Made by a program: the position numbers and the translations under genes. The notes below the pieces were generated by a model. The model was not told the origin of the DNA, ran no database searches, and was given only the letters and a program-made list of their open reading frames with translations. From Chrysomallon squamiferum (lineage: Eukaryota > Animalia > Mollusca), in the NCBI GenBank assembly GCA_012295275.1, contig CM022672.1, positions 23,498,001 to 23,562,000 of the forward strand: a stretch of 64,000 nucleotides of DNA, read 5' to 3'. Positions 1-14,552 of this stretch are shown piece by piece. Positions within the stretch are counted from its first letter, which is position 1. Every line of letters starts with the position of its first letter.

Positions 1-284
1 TAGAGGACAGGGCGAGAGAGAAAGTTTGTATCCAGAGGCTAATACAGTTATTTATGTTTGTTCGTAACTTTAGACGAATATTTGAATCTACGCATAGCAG
101 CCTTATATTGTTATATTTCTGTATCACGCACTGTTCATTTTTTTTTATCATGATACTAACAGGGAATTAAGTAATAGTATTACAAGAGTAACATTAAAAC
201 TAGGAGGTTTTTTTTATTTTTTTTTTTTTTTTTTTTTTTTTTTATAGCTTCTATTACTATTAATAACAGTAGTAGTAGTTCAAG

Positions 285-926
285 AACCGAATCATTTATA
301 CGGCTTCCAGAAAATCCAGAAAATTGGTTAAATATTTTAAATTTTTAAATTTATTATATTGATTTATTTGTAATTGATTACTTTTAAATTCGTCCGTTTG
401 GTTTCGTAACGTATCACTGAACCCGCCAGTTTAAGTTGTTTAAGTTGTTGTCCAGAGATCGTATATCAGTATAAAAGATGTTGTAACAGTAAGTCATTAA
501 AACACAGGTGTACCGAGTGACTGCTAAATGAAATATGATTCTTTTTTCTTTTTCTTTTTTTTTTAAATTTTAGTTTAGTTTTCATCCGATATATTATACA
601 TGGTGTTGAAAGAAATTTTAGTGCATTAAGAAGTATGTTAATTCGTATCTGTATCTTTTTGAATAAAATTATGTTTTTTTACTTTTCATCCTATTTATTA
701 TACATGGTATAGTATTCTATACAGCTATTTTAATAATTTTAAAGGATTTTAACTCTGCTTTCAGACTGTATTAACATTTATCTGTTAAATATTGTTTCTT
801 TCTTTATTTTTCATTATTTATTTAATATTTTAAGCAAATTTTTACCCTGTATCCAAAACTCCGGCAAATCCAGAAATCCGAATCACCTACGGTTCCAAGC
901 TTGCCGGATAAATGTTGCAGTATCTG
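285..926. mobile_element. Degenerate Tigger/MER2-like MITE remnant
   Basis: Repeated AAATCCAGAAA motifs at both ends and a right end GCCGGATAA...ATCTG followed by TA, resembling MER2-group termini. Boundaries are uncertain. Confidence 0.35.
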
Positions 927-1050
927 TAGCAGTAGGAGCATTTATCCTTCAATATAGTTTTGTGAGGGAAGAAGAGAAAATAGAAATAGCACAGCCAGAA
1001 AACAAACCAATCAACCAGTTAGTCAACTGACCAACAGCCAACAACAATTT

Positions 1051-1051
<1 letters not shown>

Positions 1052-1128
<77 letters not shown>

Positions 1129-1137
1129 CACACACAT
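1052..1137. repeat. (CA)n microsatellite
   Basis: Read directly from the sequence. Confidence 0.95.
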
Positions 1138-2676
1138 CAACAAAGGAACCAATAAATCAGTTAACCAATTAAAATATCAGTTAGACAACTAATAAAATGT
1201 CTGCTTTACACATATGAGTGTGGAGGACGCAAAAATACAATTTCATTTACTTCGTAATAAACTTTCGAATAATCCACGTTTCATTCGGTGGACAAAATAA
1301 GATTATAAGAACAAGACTTGAGTCTTTATTTTGTGCAAATTTTGTGGGATTAAATGAGCATTCTAATTTTTTATTCAAATAAGATTACTTTTTTCTCTTA
1401 TTTTATAAATCTCTATATCAAGACACAGATAAACAAATGCTTTCTCATTAATTCCAATCTGTTTGTTGCGTGTGTTCAAATCAAAAAAATCTGTTTTTTA
1501 CATTTAAAGAAAAACACATGATGTATTATTTTCGAAATAAATAGGTATCGTTGTCTCTCTCTATTTATTTTTCGAAAAAAAAAAAGTATTAAAAAACAGA
1601 AGAAAAAATTTAAAACCAAATCCTGCTGTCGTGTGTGATATCTACAGATACAGTTAACATTAGCGTTGCTTCGATGAACATTTCACACACATAATGTGAC
1701 ATGCGCGCGCGCATACACAGAAAACACACACAAACACACATACACATATATACATAATAATATACATACATATATACACACAGAAATATATATAAACACA
1801 CATACATACACACATACACACATTCATACATACATTCATACACAATACATATATACATAAATAATGTATGTGTGTGTGTGTATATATATATAGACATATA
1901 TATATGTATATAGACACACATACATACATACATACATACATACAAACAAGAAAAAAAGAAAAAAGAAATCAACAATGAAAAATAAAATCAGTAATAATAC
2001 AATAAGAAAACAGAAACCAAAACTAAGACGACAGAATAACGACAGAGAAGAAAAATAAAGAAATAAGAACAAAAACGAATAAATATCTCCCCCAGATAAC
2101 TACATGAATTAACAAAATCAATCGACTAAAAAAACAACAACCCTGAAAGCCCCCCAAAAATCCAAGACAAGAAAAAAGAAAAAAGGACAAAAACAGTAAA
2201 ACAAAGAAATAATTACCTAACCACTTGATTGAATTTCTTTCCTAGTTATCTTAATGTGAGTCATTTCAAATGTTTAATTGGTTCTCGTCGTGAGCGAAAT
2301 TTTCTTTTTTTTTTTTTTTTTTTTTTTTTCTTTTACAAAATAAACATTTTCAGTTACATAATCTTATAGACACAGATAGTTTTATTCTTCAAAATAATGC
2401 GATAACATCATTACTTGGAAAATTCTAACAAACTTTTCGTTACGTCATTCTGGATATAGAACTTTAATTCCCGCTATTTGGTATACAGAGCTTTAAATTT
2501 TTTGAAATATCTTTTTAATATGATAATATTAATATTCTTCTTATTACTTTAAACTACTGACTTCGTTTCAGAATCAAGATCTGTTATTAGACAGCCGCCC
2601 GCCCATAATGAATTATAATTCAAAATCAAACAGAAAAGTCTCTAATGACATAAAACCATTATTACAGCTGTAACAA

Positions 2677-2707
<31 letters not shown>

Positions 2708-5390
2708 TATATAAATAAGAAACTATAACACTCACACAACAAAAAAAAAAAAAAAAAAAGGAATAGAGAAATTAAATACCTTTTCATTTCTTTTGTGGAC
2801 ACAGCGCAAAAAGTGATCAGTCATGAAACTCAATCCATTATCTATCATGAAAACTTGTCTACAGACGACAATGACATAGTGGATTTTCCCCATTTTTCGC
2901 TAATTGCAAACAAAGAAACAAACTTTATAATTCAGTGCTGAAACATTGAAAAAAAAAAAAAATTATAATAATGATAGAGATAGAACAAAAAGTACTGAAA
3001 GAAAATGCTGTCATTTTTGTAACATATCCTAAGACTTTGAAGGTCAAACAATACACTGCAATGAGATATAAACCGGGTCAGTGTCTGATATGTATTTATA
3101 TCTGTATTAATTTATTTCTTTATTTATTCAAGACATCAGACGAAATAATCTTATGTCTGTACAAATAAACACATAAATAAATAAATAAACAAACAAACAA
3201 ACAAATATCCGAAATAGATATGTAATAGATTCTGATTATGTGTGTGTTTCTTTGTATTTGTTTCTATGTTTGTGTATATATACGTGTTATTAAATTATTT
3301 TATATGCTATCCATTAAGTTCTCTTTCATTTTTTCTCCATTTTGTTACATTACATATATATTTCTTCTTCTTTTTCTAAATTCATTCAGTCATTCATTTC
3401 ATTTTATTTTATTTTATTTTATTTTATTGCTGTTTTCTTGATTTGTATTTTCTTTTTTCAATTTTTTCCCCACACATTTGTTTCCTCTGTTTCATTTTGA
3501 CTTCTGTGTGTTTTAAAATTCATTTATTTCACTTAATTGGTAGGTCTTGGAGACATGGACAGAATATCTTTAGCAAAACAGAGGCGTTACTTAGAAAACA
3601 TCAAAGTACAAGATTCAACATTAATTGAAGGCTATTTGAATGCTGGAACGAGAAAACCTATTACCTCTGAGTTAGTGTGGCAACAAATGTTGTCCTATTA
3701 CTTAATTGAAGATTCTAATTCGCATATATAACGTCAGCCAGTCGGTTTCCATTCTGAATTAATGATAACTTAGGTTGTTGGATGTGCATGTACTTCAGGC
3801 AAAAAAGTCGAGCAAAGAAGGCAGAAAAGAATAATGGAAGAAAGAAAGGGAAAGTGAAAAGACTGACAAAATAAGGAGAAGAAATCAAAATGATAAATTA
3901 CAAATCGAAAGATCGAAAAAGACGAGAGAAAGACAAAATTGAATAAAATATAAAGAAAAATTATTTAAGACGTAGTAAAGGAGACAAAACCAGTTACGAA
4001 CGAAGGAAGATTAAAGGATGAAATTAAAATGAAATGAAGAGAAAAGAAAGTCTAAAATTAAGAATGACTGAAACAATGAAAAAAGGAAATAGAATAACTA
4101 AAGAAAAATAAAGAAAGATTAAAGAAAAAAGAAGAAGAACGAAAGAAAGAAATGAAAGTAAATGGAAAGAAGAAGAAGAAGAAAAAAGAAAGCATTACTG
4201 AACTCAAATTAGAAATCAAACTTACAGAAAATATAATTTTTCGAAGTATAACAAAACATGCAGATATAAGACACCGTTGATAATCCTTTTGCTCTTTATT
4301 TTACATCAGTTTTGGCTTGTGATTAAAAGAGCTCAAGATTTTAAGAGACAGATGCAAACATATCTTTTAAACTGACTGTTTAAATGGGTACAGACAACTT
4401 TCCAAACTATCAGAAAACGATGTTGTTGTTTTTTTGAAACACTCCTGTCTTATAAGTCTGATATAAGCTTATAAGTCTGTTGACAATGCTGTAGTAATTT
4501 GTTCCTTTTGAATAAAGAAAATTTAATTATAAGCCATTTAATAAGGTATAATAATTCTAAGAAAAATAAAAGATTTAATTCATTCTTAACACATCTGTCT
4601 CGAGGATTCTAATCCATGTAGAAAACCAGTGAATAGAAAGTTCTAGTTTATCGAACAAATCGATACTCATTATTTCAATATTTATTTATTAATTTTGTCT
4701 GCAGTCGTAGAGGTGATAGAAATGAAGATGGCGATGACGTGGCTGGAATGTGATGCTGATTTTGGTAGTGTTGCTCAAAAAAAAATTAAAAAAATGATTT
4801 TGTCGATGCTTGACATTTGTTCCGTTCGTTCAGTTCAGAATGGTACTAATTCTGATGGCGCTGCTTGTTGATGTTGTGATGCTGGATAATAACAATTACT
4901 GTAATGCTGTCGCTGTTGTAATGGTGGTAGTTACTGTATTGATGGTTAAGACGATGGAGGAGTTTGTTATTGTTGTCTTTATCATTATAGTTAAGCTGGT
5001 GACTGGTGATGATTATGTTGATGAAAATGTTTACGGTTATGTTGATGCGTTCACGGAAAGATACAAGCCTTCTTCCCTCCACTTTTATGCATGGAAAACT
5101 TTTATAGAAATTTAGTCAAATGTATTTCCAAGCTACTGCATGTTTTTATTTCGTTTTTATACCTTCATTTGAAAGTTTTAAACGCACGACGAAAGATATT
5201 CTGCATTGTGTTTCCTGTAAATCTTAGGTCACAGTGACATACGCAACTTAATTTAAGAGTTTAAGAAAAACACAGTTGTTGAATAGTGGCAGCTAATTTA
5301 AGAATTTATTTCTTACAGTACAGTGATACAAATCATGGTGGCATTCTGTAATAAAATGTAAAATTAGTTTTCTTGTTATGAAACAGGATA

Positions 5391-5429
<39 letters not shown>

Positions 5430-5754
5430 GATTATTATTATTATTATTGCTGTTGTTATTGTTGTTGTTTTTGTTATTGTTGTTATAAATTGTATTGTTG
5501 TTACTGTTATCACTGTTATTGTTCTTGTTGTCGTTGTTGTAACAAAATGTATCTATGAGCAGTTAAAACAGTTGAGAAAACATTTCAATTTATTTCGTTT
5601 ATATAAGCAGGAGGTTATTTATTCCTTCATTTTATTCTAAATTTTATTTTTATTTTTTTTTTATTTTTTTTATGTTATTTTTTGTTTTGTTTTAATAATG
5701 CATCAATGTTATAGACATAAACAAGTTATCATTATGATCATGATGATCACATCA

Positions 5755-5803
<49 letters not shown>

Positions 5804-6198
5804 TAATGGGTGTTTTTTCTCTTATTTGGTTTAATATGCTTTTATTTTTACGCTCATTATTATAATAATATTATAACGGTATTTGCTGGGAACAGGAGGG
5901 TTCTTCGGTTTTTTTCTTTCAAAAGAAAAAAAAAAGAAAAGGAAAGAAAAGAAAATGACAACAAGTTTACATCCTATAATTGTATAATATCAGATAATTA
6001 GTGTATGTTCATTTCTTTTTTTCTTTAGATTTGTTTATGTTTAAATGTATTACTTCGTTCTCTGTTTTGTTTATTTTCAAATCCTCACTTATCCATCCCA
6101 TGGACATATTTACCCTAAGCTTTCGTGAATTTTGGGCACACTAGTACCAAAAAAGAGAAAAAAAAAGAAAAACAAAAGAAAAAAAAAATGTAAATAAA

Positions 6199-6253
<55 letters not shown>

Positions 6254-8190
6254 GGCCTTGTCCATATCCCCAAGATTTCCCTTTCGCCGTAAAACTTTAA
6301 AGTTTATAATTATTTCCATGCGACAACGTCATATGTGATCAAGGCAACGCGTCTCAGGGGCGTAACGCGTCAGGGGAAAGGCCAGAGAACCGTGCAGAAT
6401 TTATGCAAACACAGTTAAACGGTAATTATAAGAAAAACGGCTAAGTGTGATTACCATTTCTGCAGTCAAACATGACAATACTGGGCAGTGCTTTTCATCA
6501 CCACGTGCAAGAATTTCCATAATCAGATAACGTGTCGGAGAGTACGAATTTAAATTTCAGAAATGATACGAGAATACAGCCATTTGGCTCGTTTCTGTTA
6601 GAACACCGGCCAATATGTGTCTGACTTTACTTGCAAATTTAAGAATTAAAACTAAATTGCGTTCATCATTAGTTTGTGCTCAAGGTGATATTTTCAAGGA
6701 ACAAGCATCATTTACTCTTCAATCCCCTCTCTGTTTTGTGTGCTCAAGGTGATTTTTTTTTTTTTTTGTAGATTATCAACATTATCATCATCATCATCAT
6801 CATCATCAATATCACAATTAAAGTCATATAATTTTGAAATTTATATTCATCACAATTATGGCACTGTCCTTCACTACAGTTATTCATTCCTGTTATGAAA
6901 TTCAAGGGTTTCAGAAATAATTCTTGTTTTATATGGCGTATAAATCTTTCATGAATGTTCTTCTTTATTTAGTTATTTGAGGTACTTCGTTATACTGTTT
7001 TGATGTATTTCTTTATTATCTTCGTTAATTTTTCATACTTCATGTTTACTTGTTTATTATTCATTTTTTTAAATGATTTTTCAAATCACTTTTCATGAGT
7101 TATAATATAATGTGAAATCTTTGTGACATTGGTCAAGATACAGTCAAATGAAGATCTTTCTCTATTTTCAGTTTCTTACGGCTAATTTTCTTGCTAAAAT
7201 CATCTGTCTGTCACAGAAGTAGAATGAAACAGATAACAATTAATTATATTTAACATCAGAGAAGCAGCAAATATAAATCTATAGCAATCCCTCAGCGACG
7301 GAAATAAATACAGCTTGTTGTCATAGCTATACTCGACATACGACATTAACAGAAAGAAACCACATTGTCTTAAAAAGTGATAACAGATCTAGTAACGACA
7401 CCAAGTCCAACAATGATAATTGCTCGCAAACAAAACCGATACAAGAAACGTTTAGCAGTCAGAAACATGGCAAACGTCAAAGAGAAAAAGGCTCACATTT
7501 TGTGACGAAGTAATTAGAGAAAATCAATCAGGAATTCAGATAGATTCCTCAAATTGAAATATGGCTGCTCATTGACAATACAGACGTTTGTTTGCGCGAG
7601 TCTTCATTAATCTCGACCCACAGGTGCGCAGAAGTCGTGACTGATGTTACAATTGTCCTCGCGCTCTTTACCGGATGCAGTCTGCTTCCTGCAAACAACC
7701 GCCAAGATGCTTGGAGAATGCCAATGCTCTTTTAACGCAAGCGCTGTTGTTCTGGGCGCCATTTTATTCCGCTCTTGCTGATTAACAAATTAAAAGGCAA
7801 ACCATCATAATTGGTAGGTAAGCCTGTCGTCGTTTGCGACCAAGATGGCTGCCTCTAGGGAATTTTCGTTAAAGAGGCCGATTTTAATCAGAGAACGTAT
7901 ATTATGACGATGACCTCTGTCAAAACGAGTGGGCAAAAGCGGAACGTCGTCATGTGGCAACGATGTAACACAAAGAAGAAGAAAAAAAAACTCAAAGAAG
8001 AATGGATCGTGACGTTGATGTAGTGATTTATAACGGGAACTGGGTTTAACCTTAAAAACAAGTCAAATAACTTATCCCAGTTCTTACACAATTTTGAAAA
8101 AATAAAATAGAATAAAAATAAAAAGAAGAAATTTCATAAATATAAATTTGGTATGAATGTCGTATTCGTTTTATTTATTTCTTCTTTTGG

Positions 8191-8193
<3 letters not shown>

Positions 8194-8250
<57 letters not shown>
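8194..8250. repeat. (CT)n microsatellite
   Basis: Read directly from the sequence. Confidence 0.95.
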
Positions 8251-8254
<4 letters not shown>

Positions 8255-11129
8255 GTCTCTCTTCAGCACACACATAGAGAGTCAGAAAGAGAGATAGTTT
8301 TCCTTTATTGTTTTTGTTATATTAGTAATCGTGGTGGTTGTTATTGCTGTAGTATTAGTAATAGTAGTAGTAGTGTTATACTGGTAGAAATAGAAGTAAT
8401 AGTAGCAGTAGTAGCAGTATTAGTCTTATTAGTAGTAGTAGTAGCAGTAAATTACAAAGTTCTTAGGAATCATTTTTTAAGCAAGTAAATTGTAGGCATC
8501 TTATTACTGTTTAATTATAAACAATGTGCATGCTAGGAAAATGTGTCGAGAACAATATTTTCTTTTTTAATGATTTTGAAAGTTATGAAGTACCGTTGTA
8601 GTTATTGGTACCGTTTGACTGACTATATCTCAGGAGTATTTAAAGCTGTTTTTCTGCAAAACTTTCTGATCATACGAAATTCCATTAAATACTTGTATTT
8701 TAACCTTTGAAAAGTCGATAAATCTTTGGCTTTTTCTACTGGCAGTAGTACCACTGGAGGCAAGTTTATCCAGCGTTGTTACGAAACGGTTTGCAACGTT
8801 ATCGACTGAATTTTGATAATACGAACGTCAAGGGCAGGCACACATTCCAAACTCTTGAAAGTTGTCAGTCGATAAAAACCCACTGAATCTGTCTATTGAC
8901 AAGAGTCGCACTCAAAGCAAAATTTGTCCAGAGCTCCTGGAAAAGTATATCATCTGTTGTCATCCGGGTTATTACGATTTGATTAGACTGACAGTCGTTG
9001 GCACAAGCGAAATAAGAAGCGCCTGCGAAAGACGTATACATTGGGAATCCATATTGAAATATGTCAGTGGAAAGACATGCATTCACTGGCATTACACAGT
9101 TTCATTTCCGATCACTGACAACGATGTCCTCGTTTTTTTGACAACATACCAGGATGAGTTAAATGTGTGGGAAGAGATAAACACATTGACGTATCCTGCT
9201 CTTGAAAAACGATTAAACTTTGACAAAACAGTTTATAGGATTTAAAACTGAAATTAATTTTATTACTTTACAAAACATAAAAAAAAAAAAAAATGTACAA
9301 AAACAAATTATAAAGGAATACTGTTTTTGCTTAAATATATATATATTTTCAAAAACACACAAACACATATATAATACAAACATGCATACAAACATGCATG
9401 CATACATACATTCATATATACATAGTATACATTATATTAGACGTTGTTATATTGATAAATTGTCGTATGTATTTCACACTGAAAGGTAAGCAAAACATTT
9501 TAAATCTATCCTCAGATTCATTCCAGACTTAAACACTGTGTCGTCTTTTAATATTAATCCTGAGTAAGTGGTTAAGAAACACTCATATTCGCACAAGTAT
9601 TTTGCATGTACTCTTGTAAATAACTGTTATGCACAACTTATACAAGGACAAGCTTAAACGAAATAAACAATAATAAAGATGTAAAATAAAATTACTGAAA
9701 TCTCCGCCATTAGTGACTGTTCCAATTAAGCTTCATTGCTTTCAAGCGGGAACCCTCCAAACCAAACATCTTGCCAAAGAAGCCAAGAAAACGCCATAAC
9801 AGTGTCTCTACTTGACCATCAAAGAATACACGGTCAATTAACAGACATGCTCAACTATTAAAGTGGATTTCTCGAGAGCCCGCTACATGTTTGCCATCTC
9901 CATAACACGAATTTAAATACGTTGTTGAGCCGTGTATGGGCAGCACAGGGTGCAAGACAGGCTACCTGCAGGGTTTAACCAGCCAAAGTCGACTTTCTGT
10001 TTACAAGTGCTTATAATTCTGGTGCGTCTGACTGCAAGAGACGTTTAGCTGAAAAAATCACAGAAAGATCCGTTTAAGAATAATAGCAGTACGTCATTTC
10101 GATCTCTTCAAGATGTTGAAGAAGATAAAAATAAAACAAAAACAAAACTGTAACTGACGTATTGTGTCTGACGTGTAGTTATTGTGTTGGTGAATCGTAA
10201 TAGTAGTTGTATTATTATTTAGTTATTTTATTTTATTTTATTTTATTTTATTTTATTTTATTTTATTTATTGTTTTACAGTGTTGAGTAAGATGAAAAAT
10301 AAAATATTAATGATATGTTAGGTAATGTGGTGGTAGCTACGGTTATTATAGTATTGATGATAGTAGTAACAGTAGCAGTAGTAACAGCAGCAGCAGCAGT
10401 AATAGTACCGTAGTAGTATAGTAGTAATAGTAGTAGTAGTATAGTTGTTTTTTCAGTTTTCTCTTATGTATAAGCTAAAAGGAGAGTGTTTTGTGTTTTA
10501 AAATTTAAGTCAGGTTTTCGAGAAAAATCTTTTTCTTTTCTTTTGTGTTAGTTTGAATGTCTGATAAATTGTATCTTCCGTAGTTTAATACATTATTTTG
10601 TATGTTCATTTCTTTGCCTGTTTCACTGTTCGTTTGTTTATATACATGCATACAAACATAAATATATATATATATTATATATATATATACTTTTTTTATT
10701 ATTTTTTTTTATTTGTTATATTTAATTTTCATAATCCTTATTATTTGTAGTTATTATTGTTATTCTATCATGTCAACGTTTCATCTGCATTTGTGACAGC
10801 TGTTAGTGCAGCTGTTAGTTGTAAAAAATGCCACATCATTAGTTGTGTTACAAGCATATCTACCAGAATGCCCACGCAACTTCGTTCATCGTGGATTTCA
10901 TCCTACGTCTATTATCACCTTCAAGAAAACATTTTTACTGAACTCATTTAAATCCAACGCTTGCAAGGGATAATATTAACTACTGGTTGTAATCGCAACA
11001 TGTGTTTCGCACGTTCTGATCGATAGAAATAGGATAGTGTCTTTCATTTAAGAAATCTTCGAAAAGGACCCCAAAAAAAAAATTAAAAATTAAAAATTAA
11101 AAAAAAAAAGGAAGAAAGAAAGAATTAAC

Positions 11130-11170
<41 letters not shown>

Positions 11171-11907
11171 GAAGAAGAAGAAGAAGAAAGAAGTCCAATT
11201 GGTCTATAAGAAAATGAGGGAACAGGGTCTGTGTTTGTGTGTGTGTTATGGGTGGATGGGTGTGTGTTATGGGTGGATGGGTGTGTGTTGTGGGTGGATG
11301 GGTGTGTGTGGATTCAAGGAAAGATTTTTATGAAAAACATTTTTAGATACCTAATATATATATTTTGAATTAAATAATGAATATGACTCTGCGTCTAGAT
11401 GACCTTTGCTTTCAAGTATGCATGTGTTAGAAGCACTTACGATGTGTACATTTAGTCGAACATTACCACACATGAAATGTTCCAAAATACACGCACACAT
11501 TTGTGTTCGATATGAAGTGAACATGTGACTGCTTATTTCAAATAGTTGCGTCTTCAGTCAATTGCATTTGCTTTAACAAAATTCACAGAGTGAAAAACAA
11601 ACAATTTTACAATCAATCTTACTTAAATTAGACATAATTGCTTCCTGTATTTAGCTCTCTAAGTAAACATGAAGACTTACTGCAGTTTCCAGACAATAGA
11701 AATGACAAATATTAAAGGTAAGAAAAACATCTAAATTTGTTCATCGACTGTGAAAATATTTGGTCACGAAGCCTTTTCAGAACCAATTAAGTCACATAAT
11801 TGTTTTAAGAACGCAGCTGAGTTTGGAAGGGCTTTGTTGTTTTCAAGTGAAAATACCAACAAATAACCTAGATAGCCAGCCAACAGATGGTGTGCGTTGA
11901 CCTCCGG

Positions 11908-12320
11908 GGAAAAAATCTTCGTTTTAAAATTTCTTATTATTTACAATTAAATGCGTATAGTGGTGTTTTAGTCAAACTAGATTACATCTACAATCAAAAA
12001 AAAAAAAAATTAAAACATATTCTAAATTTTCACAATTTTCAAAATTTAGATAAGCAACCAGAAAAAATCGTCATTTTCAAATTTCTTATTATTTACAATT
12101 AAATGCGTGTAGTGGTGTTTTAGGCAAACTAGATTACATCTACAATCAAAAAATAAAATAAAATAAAATAAAATTTTTAAAAATCTTAACATTTTTAAAA
12201 TTTATGATAACCAACTAATGGTGCATTAACCAGGAAAAAATCATCATTTTCAAATTTCTTCTTATTTACAATCATGCGGGTGTAATCATGTTCTAGGCAA
12301 ACAACTAGATTGCGTTTATA
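11908..12320. repeat. Tandem repeat, ~150-170 bp unit, about 3 copies
   Basis: GAAAAAATC..TTTT.AAATTTCTT.TTATTTACAAT...AACTAGATT recurs at ~11908, 12061 and 12233. Confidence 0.85.
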
Positions 12321-12924
12321 ATATGTTTGAAATAAGTTTGGAAGACGCGTTTTCATAAATAATCTTTAGTGTTCTCTGTCAGTTTCACATCTGCAACCAC
12401 CTTAGAGGCTAACGTTAGAAGATGAAAAACTATATTAACTATCCAGACCGGTAATGTCCTTGTATCACAATTTATTCATTAAACTGTGATTGTCGTTAAC
12501 ATTTCATATTATTTCACGTTCTTTTGTATTTAATGGCGAAATGTTTGTTTGCTGAGATGTCTGCTGGCCTCTTTACTTCTCTGGTATCTTGTTTCTTGCT
12601 TTCTTGTTTCTATTTTTCTTTTTTGTTTCTTTATTTCGGTCGGTTTTTATTAATGTTGTTTCTATTTTCTTTTCTTTTCTTTTTTTTTAAAGTAGAAGAA
12701 GAAGAAGAAAAGAAGAAGGAAAAAAGAAAAAAGCATCTAAAATATAATAATTGATGACAATTACTTTGAAAAGGTAAAATAAAAGAGAAAAAACATAAAC
12801 AAAAGTAATAATTATATCTTTATACATAATTTTTTGTTTTATATAATAATGTCATAGATTGATAGATAGACAGATATATGGAAAGCTATATAGATAGATT
12901 AGATAGATAGATAGATTAGATAGG

Positions 12925-12956
<32 letters not shown>

Positions 12957-13549
12957 TAGATAAATAGACAGACAGATAGATATAGATAAATATTTCTTTG
13001 GTTACAATAACATCAAATTCCTTGTATGGCATTTACAGCATTATTTTGCTTCAGGCACTAAATATTTGTTTTCATAGCTAGTACCTTCAGTCTTCTGTTC
13101 GTGTACTTTAGTTCGTCCCCATTATTATAAATATTCTCTCTCGCCTTCAGTCACTGAGATAGCTGGAATCAGACCATTGAAGGAAAAGGCTTCGAGATAC
13201 TACAAAATAAATATAAATTAAATTAAAAATGAAAACACAGTAATGACAAGAGGGGAAAACAAATAGATAAAAAAAAAATAACAAACACCATAGAGCTATA
13301 GCAAAAAATAAAAAATATAAATGTATAAATAAATTTATAAAATTCCAAGAAAAACCCGAAAATGTCGAAAACACTAAACCTTATATTACCACTTCCTGCT
13401 AAAAAAAAAAAAAATATCAAAAAAAAACAACAAAAAAACATAATAATAAAAACAAAAAATTCAACTTTTAAATGTCATAAGTTTTCGCTGCATCTCATTA
13501 ATTTCTTGACCATCATTTTGAGCCATTGTAATAACGAAAACTTACGACT

Positions 13550-13750
13550 AAGGAAGGAATGTTTAACGATACCCAGTACAATTTATTAACAACTCTTATT
13601 AGGTATCAAATATCTGCTGATGATGTGTGAGAGGAAACCTGATATAGTCATTCCATTTATCATTTTTTTTATCGATCAGCAAAACAGTACAGTTTATATA
13701 AACCTTGCAACATACTGAAAAGTGCTTGCAATGTCCTTTGAGTAACCATT
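13550..13750. mobile_element. Degenerate Nin-domain-type SINE fragment
   Basis: GAAGGAATGTTTAACGA...GAGAGGAAACC...CGATCAGCA resembles, from memory, molluscan Nin-SINE sequence. Confidence 0.4.
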
Positions 13751-14508
13751 TTTCATAACACAGTTATTGATATAACAAAAAATCAGAATGCATATTGCTG
13801 TGTTTTTATTTTAACAATATTTTACAAAATAATTTTACACAGAGAGAAAGGGAGACGATAAGAAACAGAATAAAGTACAGATAGACAGACAAACGGATGG
13901 AAGGATAGATGGATAGATGGATGGATGGATGAACAAATGGATGATGGATAGATGGATGGGATGGATAGATAGATGGATGGATGGATGGATGGATGGATGG
14001 ATAGATCATATAGACAGATTCAACCGTCTTGTCAACGAAAAACCAGTCCTAAATAAAAATTCAATAACTCACGAATAGATATGACATAAAATAAATCTAT
14101 TCAAGCGAAAAGCTGAAGTTTGTCGTACGTCTTGGCTTTTGTCAGGATATGTTTATATACATGAGGGAAATCCAGCGAATCAGACCACTTCATTTTTACT
14201 TGCAATCTTCGTCAAATAATTTGATGAGACAGGTAAACGATCTCACTTTTTTTTTTTTTCTTTTTAACTATTTAGCACATCTACAAACAAGGTTTTCGTC
14301 TGAGTTCGTAGTTTCGTTTCTAATAAGTTTTATTTGGAGACAAGCAATGATGAATGTGAAAACAGAAAAGAAATAGAATTTAGAGCTATTTAATTTTTTT
14401 ATGTTGCAATTGAATATTTTGCATATTTTTGACGATACAAGAATTACAGCAATTACGACCAAAGCATGCGCGTGCGTACATACATACATACATACATACA
14501 TACATTAT

Positions 14509-14552
<44 letters not shown>

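Noticed and set aside
949-6319. Many short ORFs rich in CV, YI, II and LL runs (also at 8153, 26402-26704, 32635-34365 and 39848-40224)
   Set aside because: They are translations of microsatellites and low-complexity tracts.
8862-9245. 127-aa ORF in complex sequence
   Set aside because: Starts at a non-ATG codon, has no recognisable domain, and has no convincing splice partners; not supportable as a CDS.
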